Assembly: GCA_965219285.1 (NCBI GenBank)
Contig: CBDCNF010000008.1
Coordinates: forward strand, 303,641 to 367,640
Length of the DNA stretch: 64,000 nt
Source: Sphingomonas sp.
Lineage (GTDB): Bacteria > Pseudomonadota > Alphaproteobacteria > Sphingomonadales > Sphingomonadaceae
Direction: 5' to 3'
Of this stretch, positions 8,967-17,754 are shown piece by piece. Position 1 is the stretch's first letter; each line of letters opens with the position of its first letter. The notes below the pieces were generated by a model. That model ran no database searches. It saw nothing but the letters and a program-made list of their open reading frames with translations, and was not told the origin of the DNA. A program made the translations under genes and the position numbers.

Positions 8967-10633
8967 ACGACGACGTCATCACCACCGACGAAGAGTATCC
9001 CGAGCGCACCGAGGCGATCGTCCATCGCGGGCGCTGGCCAGGGCTGATCTGGGCGCTTCCGATCGCGGCGCTGCTGATCGCCGCCTGGCTGTTGCTGCGC
9101 GCACTCACCCATCCCGGGATCAACGTGACCCTCGACACGCCGACCGCGCAGGGTGTTCGCACCGGCGACACGCATGTCACTTATAACGGCCTTGAAATCG
9201 GCAGCGTCTCGAAGATCGCGCTTGCGCCCGACGGCCGCCATATCCGGCTGACGCTGAACGTTGAGGGATCGAAAAAGGGCCTGTTCCGCGACGGGACGCA
9301 GATCTGGATCGTGGGCGCGAATCCCAGCTTCACCAACATCGCCTCGCTGCGCGCCGCCGTCGCCGGGCCGAATATCGGCGTGGCGCCGGGCGCCGGTAAA
9401 CCGAAACGCCATTTCGCCGCCATCCCGGACGCGCCGCTGGTCGCCCAGGAAACCCCCGGCAAGCATTTCACCCTGATAGCGCGCGACCTGATTTCGATCA
9501 CACCGGGGACGTCGATCTATACGCACGGCGTGAAGGCGGGCGTCATCGCGGCGATCACACCGATCGGCCAAGATGGCTTCAAGGTCGATGCCTTCGTCGA
9601 GAATCCCTACGCCAAGCTGGTGACGCCGGCGACGCATTTCTGGGATGCGAGCGCATTCCAGCTGACCCGAGGCGCAGGTGGTCTGCAAGCGCGGCTAACC
9701 TCGCCTTCGATCGCCGCGCTTGGTGGCGTGGTGTTCGAAACCCCCAAACAGATCACCGATCTGACCCCGGCCAAGGCGGGCGCCAAATTCACGCTCTTCG
9801 CCGATGCCGGTTCCGCCTCAGCCGCACCGGTCGGGCCGGAGACGCGGTATCAGGTCGCGCTATCGGGCGATGTCGGCGGGCTGTTGCCCGGCGCGCCGGT
9901 GCAACTTCGCGGCTATACGGTCGGCCGGGTAATCGACACGCATTTCGAATTCGATTCGGCCGCCGGGGTGATCCGCACGCCGACGACGATCGCCCTCGAC
10001 GGCACAAGACTGGATGTCGCCGCCACGCGGGATGCGGTCGATGATTTCATTTCGGCGCTCGCGCGGCATGGTCTGCGCGCCGAACTGACTCAGTCGCCGC
10101 CCTTCGTCGGATCGTATCTGGTGACGCTCGATCCCAAGGCGGGCGGACCCGCCCGGCTGCGGCCCGGTTCTCCCTATCCGTGGATTCCGAACGCGGACGG
10201 CGGGGGCAGCCTGCTCACCAAGGCCGACAGCATCATGAGCAAGGTCGACGCGCTGCCGCTCGCGCAGATCGGCAACAATCTGCGCGCGGTGACCGGCAAT
10301 CTGGCGTCGCTGACCGGCTCGCCCGAATTGCGCGACAGTCTGCGGCACCTCGATTCGGCGTTGAAGACGCTCGACAGGACGACGCAGCAGGCCGCCCCCG
10401 AGATCGCGCCGATGATCAAGGCGCTGCGACGGACCGCCGACTCAGCGCAAAAGGCGGCTGAGGCTGCGGGCCAGACGCTTGGCGGGCCGGGCGGTGGCGG
10501 CGGAGGGCAAGACGCCAATCTGCCGGCGGCAATCCGGCAATTGACCGAAGCGGCGCGATCGATCCGATCGCTCACCGATTATCTCAGCCGCCATCCCGAA
10601 GCGTTGCTGCGCGGCAAGAAGGAAGACAAATGA
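8963..10633 (+). CDS. pqiB: PqiB-type MCE-domain intermembrane transport protein
   Basis: The start is taken at ATG 8963 (ATGA overlap with the pqiA stop) rather than the track's 8915. An N-terminal TM helix (GLIWALPIAALLIAAWLLL) is followed by repeated MCE-like segments and a long C-terminal helical region. Confidence 0.85.
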   Translation: MNDDVITTDEEYPERTEAIVHRGRWPGLIWALPIAALLIAAWLLLRALTHPGINVTLDTPTAQGVRTGDTHVTYNGLEIGSVSKIALAPDGRHIRLTLNVEGSKKGLFRDGTQIWIVGANPSFTNIASLRAAVAGPNIGVAPGAGKPKRHFAAIPDAPLVAQETPGKHFTLIARDLISITPGTSIYTHGVKAGVIAAITPIGQDGFKVDAFVENPYAKLVTPATHFWDASAFQLTRGAGGLQARLTSPSIAALGGVVFETPKQITDLTPAKAGAKFTLFADAGSASAAPVGPETRYQVALSGDVGGLLPGAPVQLRGYTVGRVIDTHFEFDSAAGVIRTPTTIALDGTRLDVAATRDAVDDFISALARHGLRAELTQSPPFVGSYLVTLDPKAGGPARLRPGSPYPWIPNADGGGSLLTKADSIMSKVDALPLAQIGNNLRAVTGNLASLTGSPELRDSLRHLDSALKTLDRTTQQAAPEIAPMIKALRRTADSAQKAAEAAGQTLGGPGGGGGGQDANLPAAIRQLTEAARSIRSLTDYLSRHPEALLRGKKEDK

Positions 10634-11211
10634 AGCGACTAGCTCCCCTCGCCGCCTTGCTGGGGCTCGCCGGGTGCGCGGGCAGTACGCCGACGCGCTT
10701 CTGGACGATCGAGCCGGTGACGGCGACGGCCAGGGCTCTCGCGATCGGCCCGGTGTGCGTCGATGCGGTCCATGTGCCGCTGGTGATCGACCGGCTCGAA
10801 ATCGTCCAGCACGATCTCGAAAACCGGGTGACGGTGCATGATTTCGATCGCTGGAGCGCGCCGCCCGGCGACCTGATTCAGCGCACGCTGACGCAGGATT
10901 TGCAATCGCGGCTGCCCGACGGCAGCGTGGTGTTCCCCGCCAGCCCCAAGCCCGATGGGACGATCGGGATCGTCGTCGACATCCTGGATATCCGCCAGAC
11001 CGGCACCGGCTATGCGATGCAGGTGAGCTGGAGCGCCACCCGAGGGAGCACCCCCAACGCACTGCACCGCCAGCTCGATCTGCAAGTCGCAGGCAGCGCC
11101 GATGTCGCCGGGCAGACCGAGGCGTTGGGCCGTCTCGTGGGGCAATTGGCCGATTCGATCGCGCAGGCGTTATCGGCGTCGCCACCCCTGAGCCGTCGTC
11201 CGTTGCCCTGA
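10630..11211 (+). CDS. pqiC: PqiC/YmbA-family lipoprotein (ABC-type transport auxiliary component)
   Basis: 193 aa with a lipobox (LLGLAGC). ATGA overlap with the pqiB stop. Confidence 0.8.
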   Translation: MKRLAPLAALLGLAGCAGSTPTRFWTIEPVTATARALAIGPVCVDAVHVPLVIDRLEIVQHDLENRVTVHDFDRWSAPPGDLIQRTLTQDLQSRLPDGSVVFPASPKPDGTIGIVVDILDIRQTGTGYAMQVSWSATRGSTPNALHRQLDLQVAGSADVAGQTEALGRLVGQLADSIAQALSASPPLSRRPLP

Positions 11212-11230
11212 AAGACGAAGAGACCCACCC

Positions 11231-12391
11231 TTGTCCGATCCGGCCACGCCTTTGTTTCAGCCGATCGGCGACTATGACTGGCCGAAACTGCCCGCGCAGG
11301 AGAATTTTCGTCTCGTCGTCGGCCGCCTGTATCGGATGTTTCGCAAGCGATCCGACGCCCCGTTCATCGCCGACGACAAGCTCCAGCAGGCGACGTTGGA
11401 GATGCTCGACGATGTCGTCGCGCCGCCCGCCTGCGGGCCGCTGATCGAGGAACTCGAGGCCAGCGTCGCCGACTGGATCGCGAAGCCCAACCCGACCCCG
11501 CTCAACAAACTCATCATCCTGCCGCCGGGCGACGAAAACGGGGTCGTCGAAAGCTGGGCGCGCCAGCACGGTCACCAATCGCTCGATCCACCAGACCGCA
11601 CATCGCTCGTCTCACCAGTCACCACCGTGCTTCCCGATCTTGGCGGCGAGGGCGTGTTGGTGATCCCGCAACTCGAGCGCTGGTTCCTGCGGCACCGAAA
11701 CGGTCTGGACACGCTTCGTGCGCTGCTCGCCGCGATCGGCGAGAGTGACCGACACTGCCTGATCGGATGCAATAGCTGGGCTTGGGCGTATCTGGCGAAA
11801 GTGGTCGGCGCCGACCTGATGCTGCCGACGGGCCTGATGTTTCAGGCGTTCGACGGCGATCGTCTCTACCGGTGGTTTTCGGAACTCGCCGTTGCCGAAA
11901 CCACGGCGGGCGTCGCTTTTCGTTTTTCGCAGAGCGGCGCCGACGTTTTCGCCGCTGACGACGATGACAAACCAAGCGACGACTATTTCGCCAAGCTCGC
12001 CGCCCATAGTCTCGGCATTCCGTGGGTCGCCTGGCATATGTGGCGTCGCAGCCTGCGCTCGAACCGCGAAGAGGCGGATGAGAACGCCGACGACGTTCCG
12101 GCACCCGACGACCAGACCTTGTGGATCGCGGCGCTTGACGAACTCACCTTGCCCAACCAGCATCAGGATACCGCCTTGTTCGTATTGCAGGCGCTGCTGA
12201 TGCACGGCCAATTGAGCGCACAGGAACTGCGGTTGGTTCTTCCCGTGGTCGGCGAATCGACGATCGTGCCGGCGCTGATCGGCGCGGGCTTCGTCGCGCG
12301 GCAGGGCGATCAGCTGACGTGCCGACCTGCCGCCTATCCGATGGTCCGTCTCGGGCTATCGGCCGCGGGCTTCTCGATGGATACATTGTGA
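11231..12391 (+). CDS. hypothetical protein with no family recognised
   Basis: 386-aa ORF with genome-typical codon usage. It starts 19 nt after pqiC, and its stop overlaps the MscS ATG (TGATG). The start codon (TTG 11231) is uncertain. Confidence 0.6.
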   Translation: MSDPATPLFQPIGDYDWPKLPAQENFRLVVGRLYRMFRKRSDAPFIADDKLQQATLEMLDDVVAPPACGPLIEELEASVADWIAKPNPTPLNKLIILPPGDENGVVESWARQHGHQSLDPPDRTSLVSPVTTVLPDLGGEGVLVIPQLERWFLRHRNGLDTLRALLAAIGESDRHCLIGCNSWAWAYLAKVVGADLMLPTGLMFQAFDGDRLYRWFSELAVAETTAGVAFRFSQSGADVFAADDDDKPSDDYFAKLAAHSLGIPWVAWHMWRRSLRSNREEADENADDVPAPDDQTLWIAALDELTLPNQHQDTALFVLQALLMHGQLSAQELRLVLPVVGESTIVPALIGAGFVARQGDQLTCRPAAYPMVRLGLSAAGFSMDTL

Positions 12392-13233
12392 TGGGTGGGG
12401 CCACTGCCGAACAGGGCAAACAGGCCGCCGCACAACTGGTCAATAACATACAGGATATCAGCTTCGCCAAGATCGGCGCGATCGTCTTCGGAACGTGGCT
12501 GGCGATCTTTTTAGCGCGTAAGATTCTCCCCTATCTCGCCGAGTGTGGTCCCAGTCAGGCGCGGCTCTATCTGCTTGGCGCGGTGCCCATCATCCGGCTG
12601 CTGCTGCTGCTGTTCGCCATCCTGTGGGTGGTGCCGATCATCTTCAACATCACGGTGCAGAACTTCCTGGTGATCGCAGGGGCGGCCAGCGTCGCGATCG
12701 GATTCGCGTTCAAGGATTATGTCAGCAGCCTGATCGCCGGGATCGTCGCGATCGTCGAGCGCCCCTATCGCCCCGGCGACTGGGTCGAGATCGACGGCGA
12801 TTACGGCGAGGTCCGCGCGGTTGGGCTACGCTCTATCCGGCTTCAGACGGCGGCCGACAACGCGATAACCGTTCCGCACGACCGGATCTGGACCGAGAAT
12901 ATCTCGAACTCAAATGACGGAACGCGGACGTTGATGTGCATTGCCGATTTCTATCTCGCACCCGGCCACGATGCCGCGCGGATGCGCTCGGCGCTGCGCG
13001 ATGTCGGGTTGACGAGCGCCTATATGAGCTACGCCAAGCCGGTGACCGTGATGCTCAACGAAACCCCCTGGGGTACGCATTACAAGCTCAAAGCCTATCC
13101 ATTCGACCTGCGCGACCAATTCAACTTCGTCAGCGACATGACGGTGCGCGGCAAGGAGGCGATCGCCGAAGCCGGCGGCGTCGAGGTCAGCGTGCCCGCC
13201 TACGCCACCGAATCCGGCAAGATGCCAAGCTAG
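12391..13233 (+). CDS. small-conductance mechanosensitive channel (MscS family)
   Basis: The start is taken at ATG 12391, in frame with track ORF 12319... TM helices are followed by ...VERPYRPGDWVEIDGDYGEVRAVGLRSIRLQT..., the MscS beta-domain signature. Confidence 0.85.
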   Translation: MGGATAEQGKQAAAQLVNNIQDISFAKIGAIVFGTWLAIFLARKILPYLAECGPSQARLYLLGAVPIIRLLLLLFAILWVVPIIFNITVQNFLVIAGAASVAIGFAFKDYVSSLIAGIVAIVERPYRPGDWVEIDGDYGEVRAVGLRSIRLQTAADNAITVPHDRIWTENISNSNDGTRTLMCIADFYLAPGHDAARMRSALRDVGLTSAYMSYAKPVTVMLNETPWGTHYKLKAYPFDLRDQFNFVSDMTVRGKEAIAEAGGVEVSVPAYATESGKMPS

Positions 13234-13310
13234 CGCCCGTCTTTCACCAGCGACTCCGGGGAATGTAGCTCGATGTCGAATGGCAGTTTTTTGCACGCGC
13301 AGCGACGACC

Positions 13311-14153
13311 GGGCGCTGTCAAAGGGATGTGGCAGGGTAGCGGCGAGGCTGGTATCGGGCGCGAATGAGCCGCAAAACCGGAGCGAAGCCAGACAGTCCA
13401 ATTCGATATTTCCATTCCGCCCCAAAGCTGATCTGCGAGGTGGTGATGCTGTACGTTCGGTTTCCGCTGTCGCTGAGGAACGTCGAGGACCTGCTGTTCG
13501 AGCGCGGCTATGACCTGTGCCATGAGACGGTGAAGCTGTGGTAGAACCGGTTCGGTCCGATGTTCGCAGGCGAGATCCGTCGCAAACGGGTCAGCCACAT
13601 GCGGGGGTTCCGGCACTGGCGTTGGCATCTTGATGAAATGTAGGTCAAGCTGAACGGCGAGATGGTGTACCTCTGGCGCGCGGTCGATCACGAGGGCGAG
13701 ATCCTCGAAAACTACATCACCAGAACACGCGATAAAGACGCTGCGCTTACCTTCATGAAGAAGGCGCTGAAGCGCCACGGCTCACCTGCAACGATCGTCA
13801 CCAACGGCCTCAAATCCTACCGTGCTGCGATGAACGACTTGCGCAATACCGAAAAGCAGGAAGTCGGCCGGCACGACAACAACCGGGCCGAAAACTCCCA
13901 TCTGCCATTCCGAAGACGAGCGCGGGCAATGCTCAGATCCCGGCGAATGAAGACGCTTCAAAAGTTTGCCAGCGTCCATGCGAATGTCCACAATCACTTT
14001 AACCTTGAGCGCCATATCGTCGATCGCGAAACCTTCAAGGAACGCCGCTGGGCTGCCCTGGCGGAGTGGCGGGCACTCGCCTCGTAGACCTCGCGTTCAA
14101 AGACCGAACTCCATCCGGTGGAGACGAGTTCGCATCCGACTGACAGCACCGCC
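13311..14153 (+). mobile_element. IS6-family insertion sequence (~843 bp) with an inactivated transposase
   Basis: The putative imperfect terminal repeats are GGGCGCTGTCAAAGGGATG (13311..) and the reverse complement of CATCCGACTGACAGCACCGCC (..14153). The size fits the IS6 family. Confidence 0.6.
13365..14087 (+). pseudogene. IS6-family transposase with two in-frame TAG codons (13542-13544, 13641-13643)
   Basis: A single frame reads MSRKTGAKP...VVMLYVRFPLSLRNVEDLLFERGYDLCHETVKLW*NRFGP...WHLDEM*VKLNGEMVYLWRAVDHEGE...NNRAENSHLPFRRR.... This is colinear with IS26/IS6100-type transposases. Confidence 0.85.
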
Positions 14154-14307
14154 ACGCAGTCTTAAGTAATCGAGACTGCATGATAAAACGGCCTGATCTG
14201 GCGTAAAACTGCGGCTCCTCAGTTGATTTCGGTAGCGTAGAGCATCTCGTTTCGCGCAAATTCGGAGATTTTTCGCCCAGATTCTCTGGCGCTAGAGCGG
14301 TTTCCTA

Positions 14308-15254
14308 TCAGTCTGCATCGTAGCCGGCGTTGGCGAAGTAGTTCGCGCATTCCTGCGGAGGGTAGAGGTCGAGGATGCGACCGATGGCGTTCCAGAGACC
14401 GTGGATGGTGCGTTCGGCGGCTTTGCGCAGGTGAGCCTTCAGCTTGGAGAAGGCCTGTTCGATCGGGTTGAAGTCGGGGCTGTAGGGCGGGAGGAAGAGC
14501 AGGCTCGCGCCAGCCGCCTCGATGGCTTCGCGCGCGGCGGGTGCCTTGTGGCTCGACAGGTTGTCCATGATAACGATGTCGCCCGGCGAGAGGTCGGGCA
14601 CGAGTACCTGGCGGACATAGGCGACGAACGCATCGCGGTTGATCGGTCCGTCGAGCACCATCGGGGCGACCATGCCGGTGCGGCGCAGCCCGGCGACGAG
14701 GGTGGTGGTCTTCCAGTGTCCATGTGGCACGCCCGAGCGTAGGCGCTCGCCGCGCCGGCAACGACCATGGCGCCGCGCCATGTTGGTGGATGCCCATGTC
14801 TCGTCGATGAACACCAGCCGGTCGGGATCGAGGTCGAGTTGGCCGTCGAACCACTCCTCCCGGCGCTTCAGGACGTCCGGACGGTCCTGCTCGGTGGCAT
14901 GCGCCGTCTTTTTTTGCGCGTGATCCGGTGCCGGTCGAAGAACCGCCACAGCGTGCCGATCCCGACCGGCGTGCCACGTTCGGCAAGCAGCGCCTGCAAC
15001 TCGACCAGCGTAATGTCGTCCTTCGCCTCGATGACGCCCAGGATAAAGGTTGCGTGCGCGTCGATTCTGCCTGCACGGCGGTCGCCACCCTGCGGCTTGG
15101 CAGCCGGCGTGCCGTTCTGAACAACCAGCCGTCGCCAGCGGATCGCGCTCGCCGCGCTCACCCCGAACCGCGCTGCTGCGGCCCGGCAGGACATTCCGCC
15201 ATCAACGGCGGCGACCACCCGCTCCCAAAGGTCCTGTGACAGCACTCGCGGCAT
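14308..15254 (-). CDS. IS630-family transposase, two frames joined at an A7 run (programmed -1 frameshift or transcriptional slippage)
   Basis: ORF 14868..15254 (HTH part, ...FFDRHRITRKK) and ORF 14308..14949 (...KKTAHATEQDRPDV...FIDETW...IMDNLSSHK...YSPDFNPIEQ) overlap at CGCAAAAAAAGACG. Confidence 0.85.
14909..14915 (-). promoter_or_regulatory. A7 slippery run joining the two IS630 transposase frames
   Basis: The plus strand reads T7 at 14909-14915. A shift of -1 converts ...ITRKK into ...KKTAHATEQDRP. Confidence 0.6.
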
Positions 15255-15805
15255 CCATGCCGGCCTCCTCGACCCGGCACGAAGCCTGAATCAGAAAACA
15301 CCGTCCGTGTGAATCCTGAATGATTCAAAAGGCGCGGAAATCGCTCTAATCCGGGCAGTACGGAATGGATTTTGGCCGCTTTGACGGGGCTATCTAACTG
15401 CAATCGGGCCTCGATGGCGGCGAACAGTCGGGCTGACGCGCGCCCGTTTCGCTGCAACCGGTCGATTCCAATGATTATTTCTGCCGGCGCGTCGGGACAG
15501 TCTGGAGTTCGAGCACGCCTTGGGGACCCACGTCGGGCGATCTCAGGGTGTCGCGCAATCGACATCGGGCAAGTTCGCAGAATCACATCACCCGTTTTTC
15601 CCTGCCAAACCCAATTTGGCAGCGAACTTCCCCGTTTTATGGAAAAACAGAGCGAACCGCGCTCAGCTTTATCACGCTATCGCAACCGATTAGGGTGCGA
15701 TTTCCCTGTTGCTTCCGGCAGGGAAGCGGCAGGGAATGCGCAGAACGCGTAGCCTCTAGTCGCAGTTGTGTAATAAGCAAACAGAGGTATATCCTCTGGA
15801 CTGTT

Positions 15806-16775
15806 GGGGACTGTCAGTAATTTTGTGCGGGAGGCTGGTTATCGTCATCAGATGACGAACCGTTCGCCGAAGATCACGGCGAACTGGGTCTTTGCCTCGG
15901 ACCACTCGCGCGGTGGCCGTTTCCATTCCTGGGCCGCGTTGTTGAGAACGAGGTATAGCAGCTTCATCGCGGCATCGTCACCCGGGAAGTGGCCACGGGT
16001 CCGAACCGCCCGCCGCAGCTTCGAGTTCAGCGCCTCGATCGCGTTGGTCGTATAGATGATCCGGCGGACGCCCTCGGGGAAGGCGAAGAACGGGATGACC
16101 TGGTCCCAGTGGCGTCGCCAGCTCAGGGCGATCGCCGGATGCCGCTTGCCCCAATGGCCCGCCTCGAACGCATCGAGCGCCGCCAGGCCGGCCTGTGCGG
16201 TCTCGGCGCGGTACACGCTGCGCAGTGCCTGCGCGATTGGCTTGCGGTCCTTCCAAGATGCGAAGCTCATCGAGTTGCGCAGCAGGTGGACGATGCAGGT
16301 CTGGACGATCGTTTCCGGGAACGCGGCATTGATCGCCTCGGGGAAGCCCTTCAGGCCGTCAACGACCGCGATCAGGATATCGGCGACGCCGCGATTCTTG
16401 AGCTCATTCATCACTCGCAGCCAGAACTTCGCACCCTCGGTCTGCTCGATCCAGATGCCGAGGATCTCCTTGGCGCCGTCGGGCAGGATGCCGAGCGCAA
16501 TGTACACCGCCTTGTTCCGGACGAACCCTTCGTCGCGGATTTTGACGCGGATCGCGTCGAAGAAGACCAGCGGATAGCAGGCGTCGAGCGGCCGTCCCTG
16601 CCACTCGGCAACGGTCTCCAGAACCGCATCGGTGATCGTCGAGATCAGGTCGGGAGAGACATCGATCCCGTAAATCTCCTCGAGGTGCCCGCGGATCTCG
16701 CGCACCGTCATCCCGCGCGCGTACATCGACACGATCTTGTCGTCGAAGTCCGGGAACCGCCGCTGGTCAAGTCCA
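15806..16775 (-). mobile_element. IS256-family element fragment lacking its 5' part
   Basis: The transposase reading frame breaks off at about 16775 next to unrelated sequence. A plausible terminal repeat region GGGGACTGTCAGTAATTTTGTGCGG lies at 15806... Confidence 0.6.
15848..16775 (-). pseudogene. IS256-family transposase, N-terminally truncated (about 100 aa missing)
   Basis: The translation reads ...DQRRFPDFDDKIVSMYARGMTVREIRGHLEEIYG...VFFDAIRVKIRDEG...VVDGLKGFPEAI...QTCIVHLLRN.... No upstream continuation exists. Confidence 0.85.
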
Positions 16776-17640
16776 CATACAGCTCGTTCCGGCCGTTTAA
16801 ACCAGAGAGCGTAAAAAAAGAATCCGTATAAAGTCTGTTTATTCCACTACCGCCGTGGAGATTTTGCAATTCAGCATTCACGAAGCCGGCGCCACCGGAA
16901 AACGTTCCAGTCTGGCCCGAGACATGCAACGCGATATCGTCGGTCGTGTCGATAAAATACTCAACGAATGTCTTGTGAAAACCGCCGCCATCCGCGGAAC
17001 TTGTGATGTTCGAGAACACCGCGGTCGCATTTGTATCTCGCCGCGATACGTGTTTTCACCTTCGCCAAATAAAATACGGTATGACGAAAAATGACGAAAC
17101 GATCCGGCTTCGCCGACGATTGATCCGTCCGGCCCCATGGCGAGCGATATGCCATCGATCGCTTTCGTATCGATCTGAATATACGCGTTCCGCGTGTCGC
17201 CGGCATCGAGACTGAGCGTCGTATCAGCGCCCCGTGGCGCCACGGTAACTGCAATGCTCGTGTAATTCGACCGGCCCCCATTCGTGCTCAGGAACTGGAT
17301 CTCTTCGATTCCCTTGAACGTGATATCCGAAGCGGTGGTGGAGCCGCGCTGCCGGGGTTCCTGACGGCGCGAAACTCGTCACCGTAGCCGGTCACGGAAT
17401 CGTACGTGATCGACGCGATAACCGCGGCATTCAGCGCCGAATGATCCACGAAAAGACTGTCATGGCCGCCACGTCCGTCAACGGTATCGGTCCCCGTTTC
17501 CGGATAAAATTAATCGTCGCCACGCGTTCCTACGAGAACGTTGTCTCTTTTCGAGCCAATATAGATTTCTGCCTCGTGAGGGCTGCCGATGACCGGGGCA
17601 TACGGATCTTCCCAATACCAGCGATACCGGCCACCCATCT
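16776..17640 (-). pseudogene. decayed gene for a Ca-binding (RTX-like) repeat protein, with frameshifts, stops and a 3' truncation by IS256
   Basis: Pieces lie in three frames: MGGRYRWYWEDPYAPVIGSPHEAEIYIGSKRDNVLVGTRGDD*, ...TGTDTVDGRGGHDSLFV..., ...ITFKGIEEIQFLSTNGGRSNYTSIAVTVAP... and ...GGAGFVNAELQNLHGGSGINRLY.... GC is lower than the surroundings. Confidence 0.35.
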
Positions 17641-17754
17641 TCGAACTCCTCCCCCCAGCGCGGACGACGTATACCAAGGCACCGCCGATGGCCATTCGAC
17701 GACGCTTATGCCCCGGTGAAAGTTATCCGGATTTTGACCGGGTCCCGTTCGATT

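Larger units (their letters stand above)
14293..15348 (-). mobile_element. IS630-family insertion sequence (~1.05 kb) flanked by TA
   Basis: The ends are TAGAGCGGTTTCC (14293..) and the reverse complement TAGAGCGATTTCC (..15348). A TA dinucleotide sits at both ends, as expected for IS630/Tc1-like target duplication. Confidence 0.75.

Noticed and set aside
15158-15752. ORFs 15158..15586 (minus strand) and 15372..15752 (plus strand) in the unexplained stretch between IS630 and IS256.
   Set aside because: The first crosses the IS630 boundary and so cannot be a native gene. The second has no recognisable similarity and an R/S/A-rich composition. The region is treated as non-coding remnant DNA.
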